64,000 bases of DNA, from contig CAJTMA010000001.1 of assembly GCA_910577205.1 (NCBI GenBank), positions 137,840 through 201,839 on the forward strand. The letters are read 5' to 3'. Shown piece after piece: positions 42,508-52,664 of this stretch; positions within the stretch are counted from its first letter, which is position 1; each line of letters begins with the position of its first letter. This DNA comes from an uncultured Alphaproteobacteria bacterium (GTDB taxonomy: Bacteria; Pseudomonadota; Alphaproteobacteria; RF32; CAG-239). The translations under genes were made by a program, and so were the position numbers. The notes under the pieces were generated by a model that did not search any database, had not been told where the DNA came from, and was given only the letters and a program-made list of their open reading frames with translations.

Positions 42508-42844
42508 AACCGGAAAATTTGCCGAGCGGTTGGCGTGTTTATATCTGTTTTGCAAAGGCTACAACATTGTCGCCCGCAATCAGATAACAGGAAAAGGAAC
42601 AGGCGCAGGAGAGGTTGACATTGTTGCCCGCAGAGGCAAAACCTTGGTTTTTATTGAAGTGAAGAAAAGGCAAAACGGCGAAAAAGCCGCTTATGCTATT
42701 TCCGAGCAGCAGAAAGCGCGAGTTCGCCGGGGTGCGGAAGCTTTTCTTAACCGTCATCCGGAACTGCAAAATTCAGATATTCGTTTTGATGCAGTTTTAG
42801 TGGTTTTTCCTTTTTCGTTTACTCATATAAAAAATGCTTTCTAA
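42494..42844 (+). CDS. yraN: YraN family (UPF0102) endonuclease-like protein.
   Basis: GE.DI.A......VFIEVK.R motif. Overlaps the rsmI stop. Confidence 0.8.
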   Translation: MKTCKTGKFAERLACLYLFCKGYNIVARNQITGKGTGAGEVDIVARRGKTLVFIEVKKRQNGEKAAYAISEQQKARVRRGAEAFLNRHPELQNSDIRFDAVLVVFPFSFTHIKNAF

Positions 42845-43037
42845 AAACCAACAAAAATACAACCTATGAGAGCAAAATAAAATATTCCAAAAAAGTATAA
42901 ACAAGCGTGAGCATGACTTACACCCCTGTTTGGTTAGCTTGTTGATATAATTTTCTTTTTCAATTCTAAGTTAATTCCCTATTTTTTCTAAATATTGTAC
43001 TTATATTAGAGGTTAGTCATATAGAAAGGATAAAACC

Positions 43038-43502
43038 ATGATTGTCACAAGTTCTGCAATTCAAAATGGCTATTTTAACGACAAATACGGCAAAAGAGGA
43101 ACAGAAATTATAAAGAAAATACCTCTCGTTTCCTTTCCGTTCACTATCAGCGAAGCGCCGGAAGGCACAAAATCTTTTGCCTGGCTTCTGGAAGATGAAG
43201 ACGCTATTCCTGTTGCCGGTTATTCGTGGATTCACTGGATGGCGGTTAATAACACCTGTCCCGATGTGCCAGAAGATTACAGCCGGGAGGCCACCGATAT
43301 TGTTCAAGGCATAAACAGCTGGAATAAAATCGGTTATGGCGGAATGACCCCGCCCAACAAAACGCACCGTTATGATTTGCACGTTTATGCGTTGGATACG
43401 GAATTAGACCTTAAACCGGGATTTAGAATCGAAGATTTCTATCGGGCTGTCGATAAGCATATGCTTGCCAGCTATACGCTAAGCGGAAAATATACCTATT
43501 AA
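43038..43502 (+). CDS. YbhB/YbcL family PEBP-like protein.
   Basis: HRYDLHVYALD motif typical of bacterial PEBP. 154 aa. Confidence 0.75.
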   Translation: MIVTSSAIQNGYFNDKYGKRGTEIIKKIPLVSFPFTISEAPEGTKSFAWLLEDEDAIPVAGYSWIHWMAVNNTCPDVPEDYSREATDIVQGINSWNKIGYGGMTPPNKTHRYDLHVYALDTELDLKPGFRIEDFYRAVDKHMLASYTLSGKYTY

Positions 43503-44245
43503 TCCAAGCTGTTTTCAATCAAACGGTCAAGATTAATCCGTTCGCTGCTATTGTAGCCGTCAAAGTTTTCTTGAATTTTTTCAGGCTGTTTGGCGGTTTC
43601 TTTTGCTTTTTTGGATTTAACCTGAGGCTGAGCCAGCTTTTCAAACAATTCATCAGCGTCATTTGATTTTTTAGGCGCTTCTTTTTCTTCGGCTTTTTTA
43701 TCTTCCTCTTCAACCGTTTTGCCGCTGACTTCTGCAGCCTTATTGCGAATGGTATCCAAGGTTTCTTTCGGAATCAGGTTTTCAATCGGTTTGGCAAATT
43801 CGCCGGCCAGTTGGAAATAGCGGGAGTTTTTAAAGGTTTCCGGCTGGCGGTCTTTAGGCATCATCCAGCTGATGAGAATGTTTAGCAGAATAACCAGTAA
43901 AAAGGCGCGCATAATGCCAAAAAACAAGCCCAAAACCCGGTCAACCGAGCTTAACTTGCTGGAACGGACTTTACCGACAATATTTCCGGTCAGCAAAATC
44001 CAGATTACCATAAATAAAATCAAGATAAAAATAGACGTAACAACGCCGGCAATCATCCCGTTGGAGATATATTCGCGGGTTATCGGCGTGAAAACCGGCA
44101 GCAGATAGATGATGGCGGCAGAACCAAGCACCCAGCCGATAATCGACAGCACTTCTTTTATCAAACCGCGGCTTAAGGCTATCAGCGCCGATAAACCAAG
44201 GATGATTAAGATAATAATATCAAGATTATTCAAAGGCTGAGACAT
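43499..44245 (-). CDS. cvpA: CvpA family membrane protein.
   Basis: N-terminal TM helices DIIILIILGLSALIALSRGLIKEVLS. Sits upstream of radA. Confidence 0.75.
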   Translation of the reverse strand: MSQPLNNLDIIILIILGLSALIALSRGLIKEVLSIIGWVLGSAAIIYLLPVFTPITREYISNGMIAGVVTSIFILILFMVIWILLTGNIVGKVRSSKLSSVDRVLGLFFGIMRAFLLVILLNILISWMMPKDRQPETFKNSRYFQLAGEFAKPIENLIPKETLDTIRNKAAEVSGKTVEEEDKKAEEKEAPKKSNDADELFEKLAQPQVKSKKAKETAKQPEKIQENFDGYNSSERINLDRLIENSLD

Positions 44246-44254
44246 TTTTCTATC

Positions 44255-45625
44255 CTAGTTAAACCAATTAATTAAGCGTTGGACATTGCCGATTTCGTAA
44301 CAGGTCATATCCAAACTGTGTTTCTTTTCTTTGCTGTGGGTCGGCGGCGTAATAGCGCTGGCGAATCCTAATTTATGCGCTTCCTTTAACCGTGAATTAG
44401 GCTGGCTGACGGCGCGGATTTCGCCAGATAAGCCGATTTCTCCAAAAATAACCGTATCTGCCGGCAGCGGCTTGTTTGTCAAAGAAGAGATTACAGCCAT
44501 CGCAACCGCCAAATCTGCCGCCGGTTCAGAAATTTTCAGCCCTCCGGCAATATTCAGGTAAACATCCTGCGAGCTTAAATTCATGCCGCAGCGGGCTTCC
44601 AGAACAGCCAAGACCATTGCCAGACGGTTGGAATCCCAGCCGACGACAGCACGTTTCGGACTGGCGTATCCCGTGGGACTGACTAGAGCCTGGATTTCTA
44701 CCAAAACCGGGCGCGACCCTTCTATTCCAGCAAAAACGCAAGAGCCGGAAATGTTTCCCTGACGTTCGGCCAAAAACAGCGCCGACGGATTTTCGACTTC
44801 TACCAATCCTTGATCCTGCATTTCGAAAACGCCGATTTCATCCGTTGCGCCATAACGGTTTTTAACCGCGCGCAAAATACGGAAATGGTGGCCGCGTTCA
44901 CCCTCAAAATAAAGCACCGTATCAACCATATGCTCCAGAACACGCGGGCCGGCAATTGCCCCCTGTTTGGTAACGTGCCCGACTAAAAACAAGGCAAAGC
45001 CCTTTTTCTTAGCCAGTTTAATCAGCTCATAGGCGCAGGCACGCACTTGAGATACGCTGCCGGGGGTGGATTCAACTTCATCCAAATACATGGTTTGAAT
45101 CGAATCGATAATCACCACTGCGGCGTTTGATTCCTCCAGAGTGGTGATAATATCCTTTACGCTGGTGGCGCTGGTTAATTTGACCGGAGATTGCTCAAGT
45201 TGTAAGCGTTTGGCACGAATCCGCACCTGATCAATCGCTTCCTCTCCGGAAATGTAATAACATTCTGGATGTGACGGCAGATTTGAAATGCTGGCACAGG
45301 CTTGAAGCAATAACGTTGATTTGCCGATGCCGGGATCGCCGCCGACTAAAATGGCTGAACCAGGAACTAAGCCGCCACCGCAGACGCGGTTTAATTCTCT
45401 AATGCCTGTTACCAGGCGGGTTAAGGCTTCCTGTGAACCGCTAAGAGGAACAAAGTCCAACATACGCCCTTTCTTTTTCGGGGTCAGGTTAGAAAAACCT
45501 TCGCCGCCGACTTTTTCCTCCATAATGGTATTCCATTCGCCGCAGGCATCGCATTTGCCCTGCCATTTGGGATAAACAGCGCCGCAGCCTTGGCATACAA
45601 ATTCACTTCCGCCTTTTTTTGCCAT
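44255..45625 (-). CDS. radA: DNA repair protein RadA/Sms.
   Basis: C4 zinc finger CQGCG...CDACGEW. Walker A GDPGIGKST. KNRYG. Lon-like C-terminus. Confidence 0.95.
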   Translation of the reverse strand: MAKKGGSEFVCQGCGAVYPKWQGKCDACGEWNTIMEEKVGGEGFSNLTPKKKGRMLDFVPLSGSQEALTRLVTGIRELNRVCGGGLVPGSAILVGGDPGIGKSTLLLQACASISNLPSHPECYYISGEEAIDQVRIRAKRLQLEQSPVKLTSATSVKDIITTLEESNAAVVIIDSIQTMYLDEVESTPGSVSQVRACAYELIKLAKKKGFALFLVGHVTKQGAIAGPRVLEHMVDTVLYFEGERGHHFRILRAVKNRYGATDEIGVFEMQDQGLVEVENPSALFLAERQGNISGSCVFAGIEGSRPVLVEIQALVSPTGYASPKRAVVGWDSNRLAMVLAVLEARCGMNLSSQDVYLNIAGGLKISEPAADLAVAMAVISSLTNKPLPADTVIFGEIGLSGEIRAVSQPNSRLKEAHKLGFASAITPPTHSKEKKHSLDMTCYEIGNVQRLINWFN

Positions 45626-45626
45626 T

Positions 45627-46391
45627 TTAGACCTCTACTTTAATCGGTCCTTGAGAACAGCCGTTGATAAACTGGCGGACGTAAGGATTATCCGTTTTAT
45701 CCATCTCTTTGACAGTGCCCTGCCAAATGATTTTTCCTTTATAAAGCATAGCGATTTTATCGGCAATCTTACGCGCCGAGGCCATGTCATGGGTAATTGT
45801 CAGCGCAGTCGCTCCCAGCCCTTTAACGGATTCAATAATTAAATCATTAATCACATCAGACATAATCGGATCAAGGCCGGTGGTCGGTTCATCAAAAAAG
45901 ATGATTTCAGGACGAGTGGCAATCGCCCGGGCCAAACCAACGCGTTTCTGCATACCGCCGGAAAGTTCGGAAGGCGATAAATCGGCAACATCAGGCGCTA
46001 AACCAACTTGGCGCAAAACGCGAACAGCTTCGTTTTTTGCCTGTTTTTTAGGCATATCGCGGTTTTCAATCAGTCCGAATGCGACATTTTGCCAAACACT
46101 CAAGCTGTCAAACAATGCGCCTCCCTGAAAAAGCATTCCCATTTTGGTATGCATGGCTTCAACCTGTTTGCGCGGCGCGCCGACAACTTCGTCGCCGTCA
46201 ATTTTAATTGACCCGCTGTCAGCATTCAGTAAACCCTGAATACATTTAATCAACACGGATTTACCGGTACCAGACCCACCGATAACCACCAGAGATTCCC
46301 CGCGTTTGATATCAAGGTCAATGCCGTCTAAAACGACTTTTTTACCAAAAGCTTTAGAAAGATTGCGGATTTCAATTTTATTATCATTCAT
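45627..46391 (-). CDS. mlaF: ABC transporter ATP-binding protein, MlaF-like.
   Basis: Walker A GGSGTGKS, signature LSGGMQKR. Adjacent to the MlaE permease. Confidence 0.8.
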   Translation of the reverse strand: MNDNKIEIRNLSKAFGKKVVLDGIDLDIKRGESLVVIGGSGTGKSVLIKCIQGLLNADSGSIKIDGDEVVGAPRKQVEAMHTKMGMLFQGGALFDSLSVWQNVAFGLIENRDMPKKQAKNEAVRVLRQVGLAPDVADLSPSELSGGMQKRVGLARAIATRPEIIFFDEPTTGLDPIMSDVINDLIIESVKGLGATALTITHDMASARKIADKIAMLYKGKIIWQGTVKEMDKTDNPYVRQFINGCSQGPIKVEV

Positions 46392-46409
46392 TTTCTGTCT
46401 TCCTTTTGC

Positions 46410-47201
46410 TTATTTGGTAAAGAACATACCGGTAATGATGTAGTTGAAAATCAAAATCAAGATGGATGAAGCGACCACGGCGTTGGTCGTTGCTTCACCC
46501 ACGCCCTGAGCACCACCTTTGGATTTATACCCGTTGTAGCAGCCCATCAAAGCAATAATAAAGCCGAATACAGCCCCCTTGGTGACACCGGTAATAATAT
46601 CAATTGCCTGCAATTCATTAATCGTAGAATTGATATAGTTGGCCGGGTTAAAACCCAACTGATAAATAGAAACGACATAACCGCCGAAAATGCCGATAAC
46701 ATCGCCAATCAAAACCAGTAAAGGCAGCACAATCAAACCGGCAAGCAAGCGCGGAGCAACCAGATATTTAAACGGATTGGTCGATAATGTTACCAAAGCG
46801 TCAATCTGCTCGGTGACGCGCATTGTTCCGATTTCAGCTGCCATCGCCGCACCAATTCGCCCGGCAACCATCAAACCGCAGAATACCGGCGCTAATTCCC
46901 GCGTAACGGAAATCAGCACAACGGAAGCCACCGCGCTTTCTGCACCAAAGCTGGAAAAACCGGAATAGGTTTGCAGAGCAATTACCATACCGGCAAAGAT
47001 TGTGGTCAGCGCAACAACCGGAAGCGAATAAAAGCCAATGTCTAAAAACTGGCGGCCAACCAGCTTCAGATAAAACGGCGGTGTGACCGTATGATACAGC
47101 GCCTGCGCAATAAACAGTGACAATTGGCCGAGGCGGGACACAAATGTTACCAGCGGTTTACCGAGTTTTCGTAAAAAATTTTCAACGATATTTCCAGACA
47201 T
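46410..47201 (-). CDS. mlaE: ABC transporter permease MlaE (YrbE) family.
   Basis: MlaE-like TM architecture with conserved TRELAPV and EIGTMRVTEQIDAL blocks. Confidence 0.8.
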   Translation of the reverse strand: MSGNIVENFLRKLGKPLVTFVSRLGQLSLFIAQALYHTVTPPFYLKLVGRQFLDIGFYSLPVVALTTIFAGMVIALQTYSGFSSFGAESAVASVVLISVTRELAPVFCGLMVAGRIGAAMAAEIGTMRVTEQIDALVTLSTNPFKYLVAPRLLAGLIVLPLLVLIGDVIGIFGGYVVSIYQLGFNPANYINSTINELQAIDIITGVTKGAVFGFIIALMGCYNGYKSKGGAQGVGEATTNAVVASSILILIFNYIITGMFFTK

Positions 47202-47264
47202 GGGATATTTCTTTCGTAGATTAATCTGATTTTGCGCACATCTTAGAGCTTTTAAGCTGAAAAA

Positions 47265-47693
47265 TCAACCGGCTTCTGATTTTTCATCACAAGCTAAAGT
47301 TAATTTATGAGCCGCGGACAATTCAAAGGGATAAAGTTTTATTTTTTTTACGGGATACCCACAGATAAGCGTTGTTTCCGGCGCAGGCAAGCGCTCGATT
47401 TCCGCCAGGGAGGAAACCAATTCCGCAACAAGAAAGACTTCTGTTTCAGCTTGTGCCGGAGGGGTGACAATCCCAACGCCCCGCACTTCCAACAATCCTT
47501 TGATTGTTTCGGGACAAGAGGCAACCGGCCGGTTTGCCCCGCGGCGGATATCCGTGCGGTCATCAGCAATCAGAACAGCCCCTTTTTCTAAAATCATCCG
47601 CAAGGCCAAATCTGATTTGCCGCTGCCGGAAGCGCCGGTCAAAAGTATTCCCCGGTTATTCAGCGCAATACAGGTCGCGTGGATGTTTTCCAT
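47265..47693 (-). CDS. hprK: HPr kinase/phosphorylase, short alphaproteobacterial form (C-terminal domain only).
   Basis: GILLTGASGSGKSDLAL P-loop and LEVRGVGIV motif. 142 aa. Confidence 0.75.
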   Translation of the reverse strand: MENIHATCIALNNRGILLTGASGSGKSDLALRMILEKGAVLIADDRTDIRRGANRPVASCPETIKGLLEVRGVGIVTPPAQAETEVFLVAELVSSLAEIERLPAPETTLICGYPVKKIKLYPFELSAAHKLTLACDEKSEAG

Positions 47694-47694
47694 A

Positions 47695-48147
47695 TCAGGC
47701 CTTCAATTTTTCAAAACGCGCCAAGCGTTTGGCATCAGAGCAATCCAAAGTTATTTTACGCCCTGAATTTTCCGGCGTGATGGTTATCTTAAGACAGCCG
47801 CGCGGAATGTATCCGCCCATTTTTTCCGGCCACTCAATCAAACAAACGCCGCTGTACATGGCTTCCTCAATGTTCAGTTCAAAAATTTCCTCCGCTGATT
47901 TCAGACGGTAAAGGTCATAGTGAAAAATTTCAAACTCCGGAGCATCATAAGTTTGCAGCAAGGTAAAGGTCGGGCTGGGCACATCTTCTACCGCCGTCAA
48001 AGACTGAATAAAAGCTCTTGCCAAAACAGATTTTCCCATGCCTAATGTGCCATATAAGGCAAAAACATCTCCGGTTTGGGCAACAGAGGCTAATTTTACA
48101 GCCAAATCAGCCGTTGCCTGCTCGTCGGGGCAAATAAATTCCAACAT
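47695..48147 (-). CDS. tsaE: tRNA threonylcarbamoyladenosine biosynthesis protein TsaE.
   Basis: LYGTLGMGKS P-loop and SPTFTL motif. Confidence 0.85.
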   Translation of the reverse strand: MLEFICPDEQATADLAVKLASVAQTGDVFALYGTLGMGKSVLARAFIQSLTAVEDVPSPTFTLLQTYDAPEFEIFHYDLYRLKSAEEIFELNIEEAMYSGVCLIEWPEKMGGYIPRGCLKITITPENSGRKITLDCSDAKRLARFEKLKA

Positions 48148-48150
48148 TCT

Positions 48151-49227
48151 TTACATCCCAAAGAAATTTTGGCGGCGTTTTTTAGGTTTGATGACTTTGA
48201 TTTTGGGTTTTTGAGCCTGTAAAGCCCGCCAATCCCAAGGTTTGTAAAACTTACCCTGCCATAAACCGTTGCCGTTTGCCTGCGCCTGTTGTTCATAAGG
48301 AACGTAAATATCCGTGTATTTTGTGTAGGCAAAAGCCCAGCCGGCATTTACCAAAGCAGCGCCGAGGTCATATTCGCCCAAAGAGCAAGTTCCGACCATG
48401 TTGCCTTTGCTGTCCTGCTGCATAATGCGGCATTCCAAAATATTATCGCCAATCCAGCCTTTGAGCCATAAAGCAGCCTGACGGCCACAGTTATAAGAGC
48501 GGCCGGATTTATCGGCGCAAGTTTGATTGGCTTCCGGCGCATCAATACCATAAAGCTTAAAATAACGTCCCTGAATTTGCAGCGTGTCGCCGTTAATCAC
48601 GCGGGCAGCGCTGTTAAATGTCGGTAAAGCGGCCGGATTCATTTCCTGATTGCCGCCGGCTTGTCCGCCGCCCAAGGAACTCATCAGCTGCTGGAACATA
48701 TTACCTTCTTCCCGGGGCGCGTTAACCGGTGCTGGCGCTTGCGGCTGCTCGTAGGCGGCATTTTCGCCGACAGATGATCCGAAATTTTCATCCAGAGCAG
48801 GCGCTAATTCTGTTTCCTCGGCAAGCGGACGATTATCTGCCTGCTGTTGCGCGGCCATGATAGCCTGTTGCTGGCGGCCGAGGAAAATTTGCAGATTACG
48901 CCCTACCCCGCCGATACCATTATTAAATGCGCCAATCGCATAAAGGATGAAGACAACAATGCCTATTACCACAATAAATGACGGCAGACACCCCATCGCG
49001 CGCCAGGCCATTTTGGTAAAAATATAGAGAGCTATCAAACCGATGATTAAGCCGATAAAACCACCGCCCTGTAAAATAATATTGCTGCTTTGAGTTCCGC
49101 TGCCTCCAGCCAAAATCAACACCAAAGCCCCTAGACCCAATAAAAATTTTTTAAGAAATAGCATCTCTGTTTTCCTCTGGTTGAATCTGCATTCATTAGA
49201 ACACATCCACTTACAAAAATCCACCAT
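48151..49227 (-). CDS. Membrane-anchored protein with a Gly/Gln-rich linker and a C-terminal thermonuclease (SNase-like) domain.
   Basis: GDTL..QGR..KLYGIDAPE...GR.Y.CG......L...I.......C.......G..VG.C SNase pattern. N-terminal TM helices. True start may be the internal MLFLKKF. Confidence 0.6.
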   Translation of the reverse strand: MVDFCKWMCSNECRFNQRKTEMLFLKKFLLGLGALVLILAGGSGTQSSNIILQGGGFIGLIIGLIALYIFTKMAWRAMGCLPSFIVVIGIVVFILYAIGAFNNGIGGVGRNLQIFLGRQQQAIMAAQQQADNRPLAEETELAPALDENFGSSVGENAAYEQPQAPAPVNAPREEGNMFQQLMSSLGGGQAGGNQEMNPAALPTFNSAARVINGDTLQIQGRYFKLYGIDAPEANQTCADKSGRSYNCGRQAALWLKGWIGDNILECRIMQQDSKGNMVGTCSLGEYDLGAALVNAGWAFAYTKYTDIYVPYEQQAQANGNGLWQGKFYKPWDWRALQAQKPKIKVIKPKKRRQNFFGM

Positions 49228-49395
49228 AAAATTTTAATAGCCTTTGGTAAAGATATAGTTACTCCAAAACATAATTCTTTTAGTCTACTCCTTTTAGCCA
49301 TAAAAAAAAGCAACCCTTATTGAGTATTGACAAATATAGATAGCTATGGTACATTGAGAACAGGCTTTGATTCAGTTATATTTGTGAGGTGTATT

Positions 49396-50316
49396 ATGAA
49401 AATAATCAGCAAACCTTATCAATTGTCTTTGGCATTCTCCTTAGTTCTGCCTCTGACAATTTTTGCATTTTTATCTTCGGCATATGCCTTCCTCGTAGAT
49501 ACAAGCCAAAACCAAGCCTTTGAATCACGGCCTCAGGCCGCCGCAAATTCAAAGCGGCCTGTTTCTTTTCCTGCTTTTAAATTAGCTTCCGTCAATTTTA
49601 TTACCGGTGGCGGAAACCTTGTTTTTTCAGCGCCAGACTTTACGGATAAATCCGTTGAAACCTGTAAATCTCTTGGATTTAATAAGACTTCCTGTGCTTC
49701 CGGCGTGCCGGGAAACACCTGCCCTTACAACTCTTCTTATTTTTCTCAATGCTGCGATGAACGTTACAAATACTCAAAATCCAAATGCGTTTATCCGAAT
49801 ACTATCAGCGGTGATTCCTGCGGCGGTAAATATATGTGCTACTGTGACCGCAGTTTATACAAAGTGACGGCTTCTTCTTGCAAAGCACCGTTAGTTCCGG
49901 CTTCCGGCAGCGGCAACAGCTGTGTTGAAGACGGCGTGATTTACTATTCTTCCTGTGTTTGTCCGGCAACTTATACGCAAGTTTGCAACGGAAATAATAT
50001 GGAAGGCACGGGCCAAGGTTGCACCATCGGCGGAATAACCAAATATATATCTTGCCAATGCAAAGCCGGATACAATCTGACCTGCGCCAATTCTACCCCG
50101 GAAAATGCATCTGATTATTGCCTGAAAGACGGCATTAAATATTACAGCCGCTGCAAGACCTGCCCTAATGCCTGCAAGTTGAACAGCTGCCCGGCAGGCG
50201 TGAGCTGCAGCAAAGAGGAATGCTCGGGAAAATATTGTGCCAATAGCTGTTCAACCGGATATGTGGATTTAGAAAATTACTGGTGTAACGGCGCTTTGAA
50301 GTGTTTGCTCCGCTGA
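49396..50316 (+). CDS. Secreted Cys-rich repeat protein. Paralog of 10369 and 50447.
   Basis: Signal peptide. Repeated C..DG..YYS.C.C modules. The 5' leader is near-identical to that of gene 10369. Confidence 0.6.
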   Translation: MKIISKPYQLSLAFSLVLPLTIFAFLSSAYAFLVDTSQNQAFESRPQAAANSKRPVSFPAFKLASVNFITGGGNLVFSAPDFTDKSVETCKSLGFNKTSCASGVPGNTCPYNSSYFSQCCDERYKYSKSKCVYPNTISGDSCGGKYMCYCDRSLYKVTASSCKAPLVPASGSGNSCVEDGVIYYSSCVCPATYTQVCNGNNMEGTGQGCTIGGITKYISCQCKAGYNLTCANSTPENASDYCLKDGIKYYSRCKTCPNACKLNSCPAGVSCSKEECSGKYCANSCSTGYVDLENYWCNGALKCLLR

Positions 50317-50446
50317 CAGAATATTTGGGGCAAATGAGGGAAATCCAAGCAGAAACCGTCACAAGGTTGAGATAGTGCCGCTTTAGCGTTAGATGCCTCA
50401 CTTCGTTCAGCATGACGAAGAGAAATAAAAAAAGAAAAGGAGAAAG

Positions 50447-51466
50447 ATGATGAATAAAATATGTAGTTTAAATTTGGGGACGGCTTTGCTGGTTTCGTCG
50501 GTATTCTCTCCGGCTCAAATTGTTCTGGCACAGAGCTGCACTATTCCGCCGACCTGTGAAAGTTTGGGATATGACAAGAATCCCAGTGATTGTGTTGACA
50601 AAGCCATTTTGAAATGCCCGCTAGATAAAACCAAAATTTTTTGCTCTAACGGCGTGGCCGACGGTGTTGCTCCTGATGACGGAAATAATCCTCTTATGGT
50701 TGGTTCTATCGCTTATTCTGACGGATCATGGTCGACTAAACCTAAGTCTGACAAAATACCTATCGGCGTTATATTTGATATATCCGGTTTAGCTGTTGCT
50801 TTAGACAATTATACATTGGTAAACTACTCTTGTTCCAATCCATGCCAAAGTTTTACGCCAACAGTATGTTCCGGATATTCTGCGGGAGGACTTAATTTAT
50901 GGAAAAATCCGACTTTGCAGCAATTGCAATTAATGTATGATAAAAAAACCAAATTGGACAGTGTTCTTTCTGCTCTTTCAGCCAGACCTTTGGCTTCTTC
51001 AAAATTGGTTTATGGCACAGATGGGAGTCGAGTGGCCTATCTTGAATTTGATAAGGGGACTATTGGCACATCATTTACAGAAACACCTATTCGCTGCGTT
51101 ATTGACATCTCATCCATTAACGCAGCACCTCCCCCAACCACTCCTTACAAAGTTGGGGATACCTATTATAAAAACGGAATAGCTTGCGGCAAAATTGCAA
51201 AACTTGACAGCACCGGGAAACACGGAACAGTAATTACTTCCGGTGCTTATGTGGGAACACAAAGCGAAACATCTAATTACTGCATCAACAAATCGACCTG
51301 CGGACTAGACTGGGGTATCGCTTCGCCGGAAAGTATAAAAAACACAGTGGACTTCTGTAGCTATTTTTACACATCAGCGGGGTGCTGCCACCTTTGCGGC
51401 GGTCAATCCAATAGAGTTTGCGGAATTAGTGGTTGCACAAGCGGGTACTGTGAAGCTTCTTTTTAA
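50447..51466 (+). CDS. Secreted Cys-rich protein with a DUF1566-like segment. Paralog of 10369 and 49396.
   Basis: CTIPPTCESLGYD...KCPLD N-terminal motif matches gene 10369. IGSIAYSDG...PIGVIFD...LAVAL block is shared. WKNPT..QL..MY ... IRCV follows. Confidence 0.6.
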   Translation: MMNKICSLNLGTALLVSSVFSPAQIVLAQSCTIPPTCESLGYDKNPSDCVDKAILKCPLDKTKIFCSNGVADGVAPDDGNNPLMVGSIAYSDGSWSTKPKSDKIPIGVIFDISGLAVALDNYTLVNYSCSNPCQSFTPTVCSGYSAGGLNLWKNPTLQQLQLMYDKKTKLDSVLSALSARPLASSKLVYGTDGSRVAYLEFDKGTIGTSFTETPIRCVIDISSINAAPPPTTPYKVGDTYYKNGIACGKIAKLDSTGKHGTVITSGAYVGTQSETSNYCINKSTCGLDWGIASPESIKNTVDFCSYFYTSAGCCHLCGGQSNRVCGISGCTSGYCEASF

Positions 51467-51587
51467 CGAAAACGCCATTTAGTCTTTATTGCGCATTTTT
51501 TGGCGACAGAGAGCAATTTTGAATTATCATGGGTGTTTTATCAAAAAACTTGCAATACACCACTCAGTGCTCAAATTTTAAGAACAA

Positions 51588-51620
51588 CAAAAAAGCAGGA
51601 AGTTTATTCCTGCTTTTCTT
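51588..51620. terminator. Bidirectional terminator between the Cys-rich gene and parB.
   Basis: aaaaaagcaggaa gtttatt cctgcttttctt. Confidence 0.7.
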
Positions 51621-51641
51621 ATATAAATCAATATGTTATCT

Positions 51642-52664
51642 TTAATCAATTACTTTGATTGAAAATTTACCGTTTGCAGACGGGGCCGCAGCGGCGACAG
51701 AAGACTGCGGCGCAAACGTGCCGTGTTTCTCCCCTGCCCGTTTTTGTTCCAGTATATCGATAATCATATCCAGTTCTGCCGGCGAAGCATATTGCAATAC
51801 GACTTTGCCGCCTCCCTGTTTACTTGGAGAAATTTTTATTCTCAGGCCAAGGTTCTTATTTAAATCTTTTTCAATGTCAGCAATGTCAGAATCTTTTTCA
51901 GCTTTTGCGGCCGTTTCTTTTTTGCCTTCTTTTTGTTTGGCAACCAATTCTTCAACTTGACGGACATTTAAATCCTTGGCTATAATTCGTTCAGCTAAAG
52001 CTTCGGCATTTTCTAATCCTACCAAAGCCCGAGCATGACCGGCACTGAGTCTGCCTTCTTTTACCAGAAGCTTAACGGCTTCCGGAAGATTAAGCAGGCG
52101 CAGCGTGTTTGCTATGTGACTGCGGGATTTGCCAATAATCTGCGATAAAGCTTCCTGTGTGTGGGAAAATTCGTCAATCAGACGCTGCAATCCTTCAGCT
52201 TCCTCAATGGCTGACAGGTTTTCTCTTAATAAGTTTTCCACCAATGCCACTTCAAGAACTTCTTTGTCAGAAAGATCTTTTTCAATGACCGGAACTTTAT
52301 CAAGGCCTGCCAGTTTAGAAGCACGCCAGCGGCGTTCACCAGCAATAATCTCAAAACCCATTCCGTCGCGCCGGACCAAAAGGGGCTGCAATACGCCCTT
52401 TTCTTTGATGGATTCAGCCAATGAGTTTAAGGCTTCTTCATCAAATTCGGTTCGGGGCTGAAACTTCCCGGGTTTAAGTAAATCTATATCAATCAAACTG
52501 GCTGAAGTGGTTGACGGCGCTAAAGAGCTTAAATCTTCAACACTGTTCAAATCCAAATCATCTTCACCCAGCAGCGCACCAAGGCCACGACCAAGGCTTT
52601 TGCGCTTGTGATTATTTTCAGAGGGGGCGCTGTTCAGCATTTTATTTATTTCATTTTCTAGCAT
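51642..52664 (-). CDS. parB: Chromosome partitioning protein ParB.
   Basis: GERRWRA ParB box and HTH. Start taken at MLENEINK, overlapping the parA stop. Confidence 0.93.
   Translation of the reverse strand: MLENEINKMLNSAPSENNHKRKSLGRGLGALLGEDDLDLNSVEDLSSLAPSTTSASLIDIDLLKPGKFQPRTEFDEEALNSLAESIKEKGVLQPLLVRRDGMGFEIIAGERRWRASKLAGLDKVPVIEKDLSDKEVLEVALVENLLRENLSAIEEAEGLQRLIDEFSHTQEALSQIIGKSRSHIANTLRLLNLPEAVKLLVKEGRLSAGHARALVGLENAEALAERIIAKDLNVRQVEELVAKQKEGKKETAAKAEKDSDIADIEKDLNKNLGLRIKISPSKQGGGKVVLQYASPAELDMIIDILEQKRAGEKHGTFAPQSSVAAAAPSANGKFSIKVID

Noticed and set aside
50317-50446. Hairpin cttcgttcagcatgacgaag between the two Cys-rich genes, considered as a terminator.
   Set aside because: No downstream T-run. 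It is more likely an mRNA structure or nothing; the two genes may be co-transcribed.
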